From assembly GCA_965246715.1 (NCBI GenBank), contig CBDFFH010000049.1, positions 32,001 through 96,000 on the forward strand: a stretch of DNA of 64,000 bases, given 5' to 3'. The stretch's first letter is position 1. Every line of letters begins with the position of its first letter. The notes beneath the pieces are model-generated. The model had not been told where the DNA came from. It saw only the letters and a program-made list of their open reading frames with translations, and did no database searches. Both the position numbers and the translations under genes were made by a program. This DNA is from Chamaesiphon sp. Lineage in GTDB: Bacteria; Cyanobacteriota; Cyanobacteriia; Cyanobacteriales; Chamaesiphonaceae. Positions 50,479 through 64,000 of this stretch are shown here, piece after piece.

Positions 50479-51174
50479 CTAAAAATTTACCTGATACATG
50501 GTAAATAACTCTCCGGGCTTGGTGGTGGTGACTTTACCACCAACTTCGGCGACGAGTTCGGTAAATTGTGCCAATGGGGTGAGATGTACCTCTGCACCTA
50601 AATACATTTCTAAAATCGCCCAGTTTTCCGCCAGTTCGGCAGTGGGATCGATCGCATCAAACACAAATACCCCATCCGGTTTTAAGACGCGCTTGACTTC
50701 TTGGAGGACGAGTTTCCAATATTCAGGGGGATAGTAACAACTAAATCCAGTAGCAACAGTCCGATCGAATGTATCGTTCTCATACTGTAACTGATGTGCC
50801 GCTCCAGCTTGCACGCCTTTAAATAACTTCGAGTTCAGTTGCGAACCGCGTGAATTTAGCGCCTGACGCGCAACGGTACTGATTTCTTGCCCGTAGAAAT
50901 ATGTTTCCCACTCTCGCCAACCATAAATCAAAAAGCTCACGCCACAGCCGATATCCAAGCACCGATGATTTTTTTGGAATTTGGCTAATTCCCAAAATGG
51001 CGAGGTAATCTTTGCTGCGAGACTGTGACTTATCCACTCGCGAAAGATCGGCATTGCTTCTACTTCAGCGGGGAGTTCGACGGCTTCTTGCTTAAATTCC
51101 CGATCGAATCTCTGTCTGACTCGATCGATCTCGCTCGACCAATCATGGGATTGTGATATTACGGAGCTATACAT
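50479..51174 (-). CDS. Class I SAM-dependent methyltransferase
   Basis: LDIGCG and RVLKPDG motifs. Confidence 0.88.
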   Translation of the reverse strand: MYSSVISQSHDWSSEIDRVRQRFDREFKQEAVELPAEVEAMPIFREWISHSLAAKITSPFWELAKFQKNHRCLDIGCGVSFLIYGWREWETYFYGQEISTVARQALNSRGSQLNSKLFKGVQAGAAHQLQYENDTFDRTVATGFSCYYPPEYWKLVLQEVKRVLKPDGVFVFDAIDPTAELAENWAILEMYLGAEVHLTPLAQFTELVAEVGGKVTTTKPGELFTMYQVNF

Positions 51175-51187
51175 TCTTGATTATTAG

Positions 51188-51862
51188 TTAGCGATCGTTG
51201 GTTGATTTTTGGGATTTTAGATATTCAAATACTGATTTATCGCCGATATCAGGTGGGATGTTTTGGACAGCTTTGCGGAGCGCAAATACCAGAAATAGTG
51301 CCGCCCACAGAGCTAAGAGGATCGCTTCGACATTTGATGGTAACAGCTTTGCTAAATGTCCCAGTAATAGTCCGGGCACTAATACCGTCAACAGCTTGGT
51401 TTCAAAGCGGTTGAAACAAAAAGCTTCTTTAAAGAAGATCCCTGTCAATGCCGCAAAAGTAAAGCCCACACCCAGCAACGTTACTGGCTGTCGATAGACG
51501 ATCTCCGCTAGCGGGATGTGATTCTCCAGCACCAAACCCAATGCACTGGCACAACCGATTGCCCAAAATATTTGCAAAGTGCGATGTAAAATACCCAAAT
51601 AAATATGAATGGTCGAGAGGGCAATCCCCAATGCTACTGAAAAGCCAACATACAGCCAAGTCACTAAATCGAGCACATTGGCAGTTATGCCACCACCAGC
51701 GAACTGAGCTAATACCGCCACCGTGCCAGCGCCAAAACAAACTGCTGCTACTAATAAAGCACCACGATAGATTACCACACCTTGCCGATCGTCATCGGTA
51801 ACGGTAAAGGTGCCAAATTGTCCTTGATAAATTTCTGGATTGACGTTTGATTCGATCGTCAT
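51188..51862 (-). CDS. DUF2301-type integral membrane protein
   Basis: YQGQFG.F, IHIYL, KEAFCFNR.E and DIGDKSVF motifs. Confidence 0.8.
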   Translation of the reverse strand: MTIESNVNPEIYQGQFGTFTVTDDDRQGVVIYRGALLVAAVCFGAGTVAVLAQFAGGGITANVLDLVTWLYVGFSVALGIALSTIHIYLGILHRTLQIFWAIGCASALGLVLENHIPLAEIVYRQPVTLLGVGFTFAALTGIFFKEAFCFNRFETKLLTVLVPGLLLGHLAKLLPSNVEAILLALWAALFLVFALRKAVQNIPPDIGDKSVFEYLKSQKSTNDR

Positions 51863-51871
51863 TATTAATTA

Positions 51872-52642
51872 TTAGCCTCGAAACTGTTGCTGGTAAGCGA
51901 GATACACTGCTTCGATCGTCAGATGTCGATCGAGAGTAGGCGGTCGATCGTCCAATTTGATAATTTCTAATAATCGCTGCGCCAATCGATCGCTTACTTG
52001 TATCTTAGCTGCTGGCGAGAGCGATGGGTAACGTTGTAGGTAGTTACGGATCGTGGCAAATTCATCGGGAGTAAGGGCGACGATTTGCCCGGTTTCGATT
52101 AATCTGGAAGCCAAATCTGCTGCGGCTGGTGAGAGCGTAATATTTTGAGCTGCGACTGTTTGACCTTCCTGAATCGCGATCGTCCCTGCAACCCAGTCTC
52201 CGAGGCGTTTTTCTTGCGGTGTAAACAGAATCAGCAGCAATCCCAAACAGAACAGATCGTCGATCGGCCGTAGTAGAGATCGTAAAATCGACTGTTGGAT
52301 GCCCACATTGCGCCCGTCGTCCCGAATTACCCGAATTTTGACATAACGTTTACCAGGTGTCTGTCCGCGCCACAGCGTTTCAAATAGGACGAAATAACCG
52401 ATATAAACTCCAAATAAAATTAAGATTTGGATGGCGTTAAGCCAAGGACTAACAGTTGGCGATTGAAACCAGGGTATTTGAGCGTAAAGAAGCGCCCACA
52501 CTACCAATAAGATAAACAGCGTAAATCCCCAAATTAGATAGTCGATAATTAGCGCATGGGTACGATTGCCCACTCCAGCCAGCACAAATTCTAATTCGAC
52601 ACTCTCTGGTGTTTGGGATTTAACGCGCTTTAAAAAATGCAT
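51872..52642 (-). CDS. RDD-family membrane protein
   Basis: TPESVEL, R..ALIID, GQTPGK and KRLGD.VAGT motifs. Confidence 0.9.
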   Translation of the reverse strand: MHFLKRVKSQTPESVELEFVLAGVGNRTHALIIDYLIWGFTLFILLVVWALLYAQIPWFQSPTVSPWLNAIQILILFGVYIGYFVLFETLWRGQTPGKRYVKIRVIRDDGRNVGIQQSILRSLLRPIDDLFCLGLLLILFTPQEKRLGDWVAGTIAIQEGQTVAAQNITLSPAAADLASRLIETGQIVALTPDEFATIRNYLQRYPSLSPAAKIQVSDRLAQRLLEIIKLDDRPPTLDRHLTIEAVYLAYQQQFRG

Positions 52643-52718
52643 GGAGCGGTGGGTAGTGTCTAGTAAACGGATTTAACGGAGCGGATCGTTGCCTGCGTTG
52701 CGATTGCAAAGAGCGGAT

Positions 52719-53669
52719 TTAGAGAATCAGATCGTTACCTTCATTGCGATTGCGAAGATCGTAGTAAATGACGGCTTTAATTGCTTGCCAAAACGGCATG
52801 ACTACAAGTTCGCTGAGGGCACCAATGACGAGTCCAACCAAAGTCAACATCCCACCAACTGCTTGTGCCGAGCGATCGGGTGAGATTGTCGGATTAGACA
52901 TAAATTGCCCGATGAAATATGGGATGTTGCCAATAATACTAATTGGTAGAGTAATCCCAAATGCAAGCGCGATGACTAGTGCTAGTCGTCCTGTCGTATT
53001 ATTACTCAATTGTCTACTCCGTCGCAGACTCAAACTCGCCGATTTGTTAGGTTCGATCGCCATTGGTAGTTCGGCAATAAACCAACCAGCATAGTAGCGA
53101 ATCAAGACCAAGATCCATAGACAAAATAAGCCGATCGTCAACACACCAAGCAGAAAATAGGCTACCGAAGAACCAATTATTGGTTTTAAAGCAAACTCAC
53201 TTAGTGCAAATACTAAACCGATGGCAATTATCAGGACGATATAACTAACGATATAGACTGCAAACATATACAATCCCAACAATAGTGCCAGTCGGAGAAA
53301 TCTCCAGGTATGTGGTTGCAATTGTTGGGCAGCTACGTCGATGGTTTCCGGGCGGTCGATCGATTCTTGATAGGCAAGCCGACAAATGATAGCGCGATTA
53401 GTAGCCGATTTAGCCAAACAATATAACGAAAATACAATCCATCCTAACCCTAATGGAATCGCTAGCAGCCATGATTTGGTGGTGCCGTATAAAATCGCCG
53501 CAACAACGCCTAGCGCAAATCCAGATAGTCCGATCGCTAGCGCCCACCCAGTTGACCTCAGTGACACCTGAAAGTAACGCTTAAAATTTGATTTATAGAG
53601 TGTCACGCCTGCGGAGACGACGTTACCGACATTCAATGTCCCAACTGGATCGGCGATACTTTTTGCCAT
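52719..53669 (-). CDS. Multi-pass hypothetical membrane protein
   Basis: About 6 TM helices; LNVGNVVSAG and PFWQAIKAVIYYDLR.R.EG.DL motifs. Confidence 0.8.
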   Translation of the reverse strand: MAKSIADPVGTLNVGNVVSAGVTLYKSNFKRYFQVSLRSTGWALAIGLSGFALGVVAAILYGTTKSWLLAIPLGLGWIVFSLYCLAKSATNRAIICRLAYQESIDRPETIDVAAQQLQPHTWRFLRLALLLGLYMFAVYIVSYIVLIIAIGLVFALSEFALKPIIGSSVAYFLLGVLTIGLFCLWILVLIRYYAGWFIAELPMAIEPNKSASLSLRRSRQLSNNTTGRLALVIALAFGITLPISIIGNIPYFIGQFMSNPTISPDRSAQAVGGMLTLVGLVIGALSELVVMPFWQAIKAVIYYDLRNRNEGNDLIL

Positions 53670-54035
53670 AAGATATTGATGTGGATTGTGTGTATTGACG
53701 ATCGATTAGCAACCAGTTTAATTCCTAACATCCCGATCGAGTAGGCCGGAGAATACCGATACATACTTATCGGGTGCCCACTACTGGAACGATAGATGCT
53801 ATCGACAGCAGGTGGCTTCGATTTTACTGCATTCTCGGCCGCTCGATCGATAAGTTAGATCCAAATCCTCAGCGCACAGCCGCTCGATCGCAATTGCAAA
53901 GGCTGCTGTATCATGCGATGTCCTCACATAGACACAACCCTGATTATGAACTTACTTGCACCGCATGGGTCTCCGGCTGTTTCGTTTTCGACAGGATGCT
54001 GAAAATATTGGGTCGATCGAAAATAGATCCTGGCT

Positions 54036-54740
54036 TTAACTCAAATAACCAATCCATTGAGATCGAGCCTCTGGCGAACCATACCAGATACCTGCCGTAC
54101 GTGGTGAATGTTTTACTCCTTCAATGGTAATATTCTCAGCTCCGACTAAATGCGCGGCAATAATTGGTGTAATCCCATCACCCCAAACATCCCCCCTCCC
54201 GCAAGTCATCTCATAACTACTATATGCCAGCCACTGACCTATGCGTTTGGCTCCATAGATCGATTTACCAGCAACACAGATATATTTTACCTCGTCTATA
54301 TATTTCGCATCAGGATAATTATCATTGACAAAATTGAGATTTTTCCTCGTCCAGCGTTCGCCACTAATATGCGGCGTTCCAAGGGTAATTAAGTTAGCAA
54401 TCTTGGTTTTAGCATTCCACAACCCCACTGATTCCGGAACATCGCCATGAATCGTATAAGGTATTTCACCTAAATAAATTCGACTAATCCATCCACCTGC
54501 TGAATGTCCGATGAGATTGATTTGCGAGGCATGATTATCTACTAATGCTGCTTTGACCGTTCGAGCGAGTTGGCGTAAAATGGGTATCATCGATCTACCT
54601 CCCAAAGTTGGCAACCAATCTCGTTTCCGTAACGGTACAGTTATCGTCGGCGTTCCAATTTCTATTAGAGCTTGTTGTAGCGGTAGGTAAACATCTGCAC
54701 TTTCGAGATAGCCAGGTAAAATGACAGTAGGCAGCATCAA
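54036..54740 (-). CDS. Lipase/esterase (PGAP1-like alpha/beta hydrolase)
   Basis: GHSAGG nucleophile elbow, TLGTPH and GDGITP motifs. Confidence 0.88.
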   Translation of the reverse strand: MMLPTVILPGYLESADVYLPLQQALIEIGTPTITVPLRKRDWLPTLGGRSMIPILRQLARTVKAALVDNHASQINLIGHSAGGWISRIYLGEIPYTIHGDVPESVGLWNAKTKIANLITLGTPHISGERWTRKNLNFVNDNYPDAKYIDEVKYICVAGKSIYGAKRIGQWLAYSSYEMTCGRGDVWGDGITPIIAAHLVGAENITIEGVKHSPRTAGIWYGSPEARSQWIGYLS

Positions 54741-54828
54741 GCGTTTGCGATCGTATCTTGAGATCTTAGCACTAGTATCATTCGTCGAGTAAATATTTTA
54801 TCATTTCATCGATCGATGATGTTGAAAA

Positions 54829-54897
54829 TCAGAAGTATATTTGAATCTCAATCCCCTCAATATTTTTAGTTATTAATCGCTCCAACTTTAGGTGCAT
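54829..54897 (-). pseudogene. Old IS4-family transposase remnant, downstream half
   Basis: MHLKLERLITKNIEGIEIQIYF*, the direct continuation of the fragment at 56438-56522. Confidence 0.8.
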
Positions 54898-54930
54898 CTG
54901 TCTTGTTGCGCTTTTTACGTCGGGGAACCC

Positions 54931-56413
54931 GATTCGTGACAAGTTAAGGAGCGAGCGCAGTTGTCAAGCCGGGTTGAGCGGAAGGCTCAAAAAAGAATGA
55001 GCCTTCCCTGCTCGCTTGGTCGGGAAAGGGGTCAATCATTAATTTCTTGAATGGCTTTCGGATAGATTTAATAATACCTAAATCTCTATTTTCAGGAGCT
55101 GCAAAATATTTAATGGGGTCGGTAGCTAAACCTTTGTGATGGGCAACATAAAAATGGTAAAGACCACGATAAATCATCTCTAAAGAAATGCGGTCAAAAG
55201 GAAGAGATAGCTCATCAGCAATCGCATCGCCAAGATCGACTAATACAATATAAAATAGCCAAGTTCCCCAGAGTTGCAACTTAATACCATTAAGTGAGCC
55301 TGTCCAGATATAACTCAATCCTAACAATCGTTTGACAATATTAAATGCCTCTTCTATTCGCCATCTTCTACCATACAAATCGGCAACTACGTAGGGTGGT
55401 AAAATTAATGGGTCAAGCACGCTAGTTAGATAAGAGTACCAAGCTTTACCCATTTTGATTTCCACTAATCTCATCGTGATACATGGAGTTGTTTTATTAC
55501 CAGCACCCATTGTTACTATTCGGTCGCGGATGCTGTAACTATTCGTGAATGCGCTCTCGACGGTAAATGATGCTTTGTTGTTTAGGCGGGTAATTACATG
55601 AACATTCCTTTCGATTAGTTGTTGCCAAAACAGATAATGACAAAATCCTCGATCTAGTAAAATTAATGTCTGGGGCTTGACTAGCTTTAGGATATCTGCC
55701 TCAAACTTCATGTCACTAGCTTTGGCATTCGACTCAAACCAAATTTCTACTGGTAGTCGGGTTACTAGATCGATGACTACTCCTATTTTTCCAGCTAATT
55801 GATTTTTTGGCACATCTGTCAGACTTTCTAATTTCTTGAAGATTGCTTCTAATGTTGAACCGTCACTAGCCCAAACTCTAGCAAATTTAGTTCGGGCAAA
55901 TTGAATACTGGAGGGTAGTTGTCTTTTGTTGCGACTGTGCCATTTTCGCTCGAATTCTGGCAGTAATTCTCTAAATATTCGCTCAAATATTTCAGCGGGA
56001 AATGTCAAAAATCTCTGTGATAATGCTTGTTGGCTGACTTGTGTTGGTTCGCACCAGAGAAATCCTTCTCTGGCGAGTATTCTGCTGAGTTCTCTGACTC
56101 CAGCTACGTCTCGCCAAATTAGTGTCAGCACTGCTGCTACCATCAGCGGCAGATTCAGTATTCTATCCCTCATTCCGAGTTGGCGATAGTACTTTTCTTG
56201 TGCTAGTACTGCTGGCGTGACTAGCTGTTCTAATTGTGCTGCTATCACCTCCTCTTCCATCATCGGACGTTGTTGTCGCTTGGCGTGGTCGCGATTTGTT
56301 GTCCGCTTTTTAGGCATGTGTCAAATTTGGTTCTAACTCTTTGCTAGTAACAGTTTGACATTTTTTCTTTCTCCCCTTGACAACCCTCGGTTTTTCTTAA
56401 CTTGTCACGAATC
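54931..56413 (-). mobile_element. Complete IS4-family insertion sequence
   Basis: 18-bp perfect TIR GATTCGTGACAAGTTAAG. Flanking duplication GGGGAACCC at 54922-54930 and 56414-56422 (boundary may shift by 1 nt because the target is palindromic). Confidence 0.93.
54944..56317 (-). CDS. IS4-family DDE transposase
   Basis: SDGSTLE, LDRGF and YGRRWRIEEAFNIVK (YREK signature). Confidence 0.95.
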   Translation of the reverse strand: MPKKRTTNRDHAKRQQRPMMEEEVIAAQLEQLVTPAVLAQEKYYRQLGMRDRILNLPLMVAAVLTLIWRDVAGVRELSRILAREGFLWCEPTQVSQQALSQRFLTFPAEIFERIFRELLPEFERKWHSRNKRQLPSSIQFARTKFARVWASDGSTLEAIFKKLESLTDVPKNQLAGKIGVVIDLVTRLPVEIWFESNAKASDMKFEADILKLVKPQTLILLDRGFCHYLFWQQLIERNVHVITRLNNKASFTVESAFTNSYSIRDRIVTMGAGNKTTPCITMRLVEIKMGKAWYSYLTSVLDPLILPPYVVADLYGRRWRIEEAFNIVKRLLGLSYIWTGSLNGIKLQLWGTWLFYIVLVDLGDAIADELSLPFDRISLEMIYRGLYHFYVAHHKGLATDPIKYFAAPENRDLGIIKSIRKPFKKLMIDPFPDQASREGSFFFEPSAQPGLTTALAP

Positions 56414-56437
56414 GGGGAACCCGACGAGCGCGCACCG

Positions 56438-56522
56438 CTTCAAAAACTTCCACAGCAACTCAATTTGCCAACGACTTCGATAAAACTCTCCAATTTCTTC
56501 ATTGCTTATTGCGAATTCTCCG
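56438..56522 (-). pseudogene. Old IS4-family transposase remnant, upstream half
   Basis: GEFAISNEEIGEFYRSRWQIELLWKFLK (YREK signature). Confidence 0.82.
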
Positions 56523-56705
56523 CTTATCTGAATGGGGTCATTTTCTACTGGTTATTTCTATCCTTCAACACTTCTGGTTGAAAATATCTAAATACTTTTT
56601 AATTCTATCTCAAGAGCAGCCTGAAGATGGGCAGTGTAAAAAATACGTAGACAACTAATTCTACTAATTATTAATAACCATTTGATTCTAATAGAATCAA
56701 ATATG

Positions 56706-56736
56706 AAAAAGCCCATCATAGTGTGATAGGCTTTTT
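56706..56736 (-). terminator. rrn operon terminator
   Basis: AAAAAGCC...GGCTTTTT hairpin just after the 5S gene. Confidence 0.75.
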
Positions 56737-56746
56737 CGAGTATTAA

Positions 56747-56865
56747 GCTTGGCACCGAGCTATTTTGACAGGGGGCAACCCCCCAACTATCGTCGCCGCA
56801 ACAGCGTTTAACAACCGAGTTCGGGAAGGGATCGGAGTGGAACCACTATGCCATAGACACCAAGC
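56747..56865 (-). rRNA. rrf: 5S rRNA
   Basis: Minus strand GCTTGGTGTCTATGGC...GATCCCTTCCCGAACTCGG...CGGTGCCAAGC. Ends approximate. Confidence 0.95.
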
Positions 56866-56952
56866 AGGTGTGGTTTTAACGCACACCTTGAAGACTGCAG
56901 AGTAATCAACATATTTATTGTCAGGGATGGCAAATCCAAATCTTGATTTACG

Positions 56953-59844
<2,892 letters not shown>

Positions 59845-60107
59845 ACTTCATGACTTTACTCAAACAACTTGTTATTCACTTTGTTGCTTCAACTTTGTCA
59901 TGAGTTTAAATTAGTTTGGATTGTCTGTAATCTTGCGATTACGACTACCTGACTTGTTGATTACTATGCAGTTGTCAAGGTGCGAACTGGACTTTAAGTC
60001 CAGCAGACTACTTTTTAGTTAGTAGGTGCTGAAATCACTTCCGCTGTTTGCTGGTTGATTCTAGTTTGAAGCTGAGTGTGTTGGTTTTAGCTGATGGTGG
60101 AAACCAA

Positions 60108-60180
60108 TGGAGGTTAGCGGACTCGAACCGCTGACATCCTGCTTGCAAAGCAGGCGCTCTACCAACTGAGCTAAACCCCC
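60108..60180 (-). tRNA. tRNA-Ala(TGC)
   Basis: GGGGGTTTAGCTCAGTTGGTAGAGCGCCTGCTTTGCAAGCAGG...GTTCGAGTCCGCTAACCTCCA. Confidence 0.97.
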
Positions 60181-60248
60181 TAGTTTGTTTAACAGTTACT
60201 GGTGTTTGAATTCAGTTAGGTGCTAAATTTACAACTGATAAGAAAAGA

Positions 60249-60322
<74 letters not shown>

Positions 60323-60442
60323 AGGTCAGCTGAACTAGAATATAAGTTTGAAAGCCACTCTCGATAACTCGCTCGACCTTGGGATAACATATATCTGACT
60401 TAATCCAAATTGTTTCGGTCGAGATATTGTGAGGTCTCCCTA

Positions 60443-61929
<1,487 letters not shown>

Positions 61930-62151
61930 AATATATGAAGAGCCACTAACTTGGCTCGATTTGTATTATTTTAAGACTCTACTCGTCTGCTCTTCCCATA
62001 ACTGAGTTGAGCTGTTATAATCGTGTTAACGAAATTAACGAGGTTTAATCGGCTTTCAAACTATATAGTTGTCTAGGTTCAGGGTGAAGAGTTTGGCTCT
62101 AGGAGCGACTTCCGTCGTTTCCGTGTCGCCGTTTCCCTCGACCGCTTTACT

Positions 62152-62180
62152 AATATAGCTTGTCTGTCTTTGATTGTCAA
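62152..62180 (-). promoter_or_regulatory. rrn promoter
   Basis: Minus strand TTGACA-N17-TATATT. Confidence 0.85.
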
Positions 62181-62714
62181 TACTTTCACGCAAAATATTT
62201 TTTTCCAGTGGCCGTATACCTTTGACTCCTGTTGGTGCTAGCCTTTCTCCCCGGCTGTGCGAATTCTTTGGAAAATTTGGGTCGCGCTCTCTCGCAAATG
62301 AGTTGTGAAAATTAGCCACAGTAGCAGTCTGGGCGATTTTAGGATCTAATCTTTTACCTAGTCTACTTCTACCTCCCACTGAGTTGATGCTTTCGAGCGG
62401 CTTTGCTAGGCTCTGTTTGAGGTGTATTGACAGTTGCAGTTGCTAGGATAAACCCCTCACGACAGTCACTTATTGGTTGGGGATTAGATAAGGATGGGAT
62501 GGTGAAAATTGCAGATTGGGACAATCACTCCCCGAAACCTAGCCCCTATTACCTATATATGGATAAAATAGTAAGCAGATTGAGTTCTTAGCTGGGACGG
62601 CATCGGTCATACCGATCGAAAATCTTGCAACTATATCTAGTCAGGAGATTTTCAAGAGCGATTGTGCGACAGCTTGGGGTTCGGTCTTTATTCCTTAATG
62701 ACTATCAATAATCT

Positions 62715-63077
62715 GTGTTTGTCTTAAACGGTTATGAATATCTGCTGGGCTTCTTACTGACTTGTAGCTTGGTACCGATCCTAGCTTTGTCAGCATCTAA
62801 ACTACTGCGCCCGAGTGGTGGTGGCCCCGAACGGCGAACTACCTACGAGTCAGGGATGGAGCCGATCGGCGGAGCGTGGATTCAATTTAATATTCGTTAC
62901 TATATGTTTGCGTTGGTCTTTGTCGTCTTTGACGTAGAGACAGTATTCTTATACCCGTGGGCGGTAGCGTTTAGTCAATTAGGCTTACTTGCTTTTATTG
63001 AAGCTCTTGTTTTCATCGCAATTCTGGTAATTGCGTTAGTTTATGCTTGGCGCAAAGGAGCCTTAGAATGGTCATGA
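62715..63077 (+). CDS. ndhC: NDH-1 subunit 3
   Basis: YESGMEPIG and [23 protein letters not shown] motifs. Confidence 0.98.
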   Translation: MFVLNGYEYLLGFLLTCSLVPILALSASKLLRPSGGGPERRTTYESGMEPIGGAWIQFNIRYYMFALVFVVFDVETVFLYPWAVAFSQLGLLAFIEALVFIAILVIALVYAWRKGALEWS

Positions 63078-63796
63078 TCCCCAATATTGTCAACGATGAC
63101 GATCGAATTTCCAATCCGATCGAGCGACCTCAAGTTACCACCGAATTGTCGGAGAATGTAATTCTGACGACGGTAGACGATCTCTACAATTGGTCGCGGT
63201 TATCTAGTCTGTGGCCGCTGTTGTTTGGTACGGCATGCTGCTTTATTGAAATGGCGGCAATGATCGGATCGCGATTTGATTTCGATCGATATGGATTAGT
63301 ACCCCGTGCGAGTACTCGTCAGGCAGACTTATTGATCACGGCTGGGACGATTACGATGAAAATGGCACCCGCACTGGTGCGACTCTACGAACAGATGCCC
63401 GAACCCAAGTATGTAATTGCGATGGGTGCTTGTACGATTACGGGTGGGATGTTTAGTGCTGACTCGCCGACTGCGGTGCGGGGTGTCGATAAACTCATTC
63501 CGGTAGATATTTATCTTCCTGGCTGTCCGCCGCGCCCTGAAGCGATCATGGATGCGATTATTAAACTGCGGAAAAAGATTGGGAATGAATCGATGCAGGA
63601 ACGGGGTAAATTGAACCAAACCCATCGTTATTACAGTACGACTCATAGCATGAAGGTCGTACCGCCGATTTTGACAGGAGCGTATCTGCAAACGGGAACT
63701 CATGACAATCCACCAGCAGAAATCGCTGCGGCGATGGGAATGCCCGTCTCACCAGCGCTAGTCTCAGCTCAAAAACAGGAGGTCGAACGTGGCTGA
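63068..63796 (+). CDS. ndhK: NDH-1 subunit K
   Basis: [13 protein letters not shown] and PGCPPRPE motifs. Likely ATG start at 63068 or 63074, overlapping the ndhC end. Confidence 0.97.
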   Translation: MVMIPNIVNDDDRISNPIERPQVTTELSENVILTTVDDLYNWSRLSSLWPLLFGTACCFIEMAAMIGSRFDFDRYGLVPRASTRQADLLITAGTITMKMAPALVRLYEQMPEPKYVIAMGACTITGGMFSADSPTAVRGVDKLIPVDIYLPGCPPRPEAIMDAIIKLRKKIGNESMQERGKLNQTHRYYSTTHSMKVVPPILTGAYLQTGTHDNPPAEIAAAMGMPVSPALVSAQKQEVERG

Positions 63797-64000
63797 AGAA
63801 AAAGCTAAAGAAGCTACCGAAATTGCTCCAGCGTCAGCACCAATCGTGCCTGCTGGCAAAGTGTCTCAATGGCTGACACAGAATGGGTTCCTGGATCAAA
63901 CTGCGTTAGCTAATGACAATCTAGGCGTGGAAGTCATCAAGGTGGAGCCGCAATTCTTGTTACCGATAGCCACAGCACTTTATGCCTATGGATTTAACTA
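63789..64000 (+). CDS. ndhJ: NDH-1 subunit J (partial, runs off the window)
   Basis: GTG start; [13 protein letters not shown]...[13 protein letters not shown]...[14 protein letters not shown]; ndhCKJ gene order. Confidence 0.93.
   Translation, partial: MAEEKAKEATEIAPASAPIVPAGKVSQWLTQNGFLDQTALANDNLGVEVIKVEPQFLLPIATALYAYGFN

Noticed and set aside
53774..54130. 118-aa plus-strand ORF
   Set aside because: It overlaps the end of the lipase gene, has no RBS or recognisable motif, and starts within a repeat-like GTGCCCAC.

Overview
This is a cyanobacterial chromosomal segment. The photosystem I genes, ndhCKJ and extreme abundance of CGATCG/HIP1-type sites suggest a Chamaesiphon-like genome (inference, not confirmed). 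The housekeeping backbone comprises metK, pdxJ, ycf54, menC, rbcR, thiG, psaA-psaB, recO, miaE, a minus-strand rrn operon (16S-tRNAIle-tRNAAla-23S-5S) and ndhC-ndhK-ndhJ. A rich mobile layer is interleaved: three intact IS elements with readable terminal inverted repeats (TIRs) and target duplications (IS1634, ISL3 splitting an EamA gene, IS4), an IS1634-type MITE inside a mutS fragment, a three-level nested insertion, two palindromic REP/MITE-like families, and several gene remnants (Uma2, YoeB, mutS, ISL3, IS4). The most notable items are: a Pls/PosA-family membrane NRPS (candidate poly-amino-acid synthetase) next to a GH25 lysozyme; an unassigned three-way-junction RNA in the leader of a DUF1838 gene; a promoter- and terminator-bounded structured sRNA carrying a 23-codon ORF; and a yybP-ykoY manganese riboswitch before a UPF0016/Mnx transporter. 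All protein calls come from motif recognition by eye, and no database searches were run.
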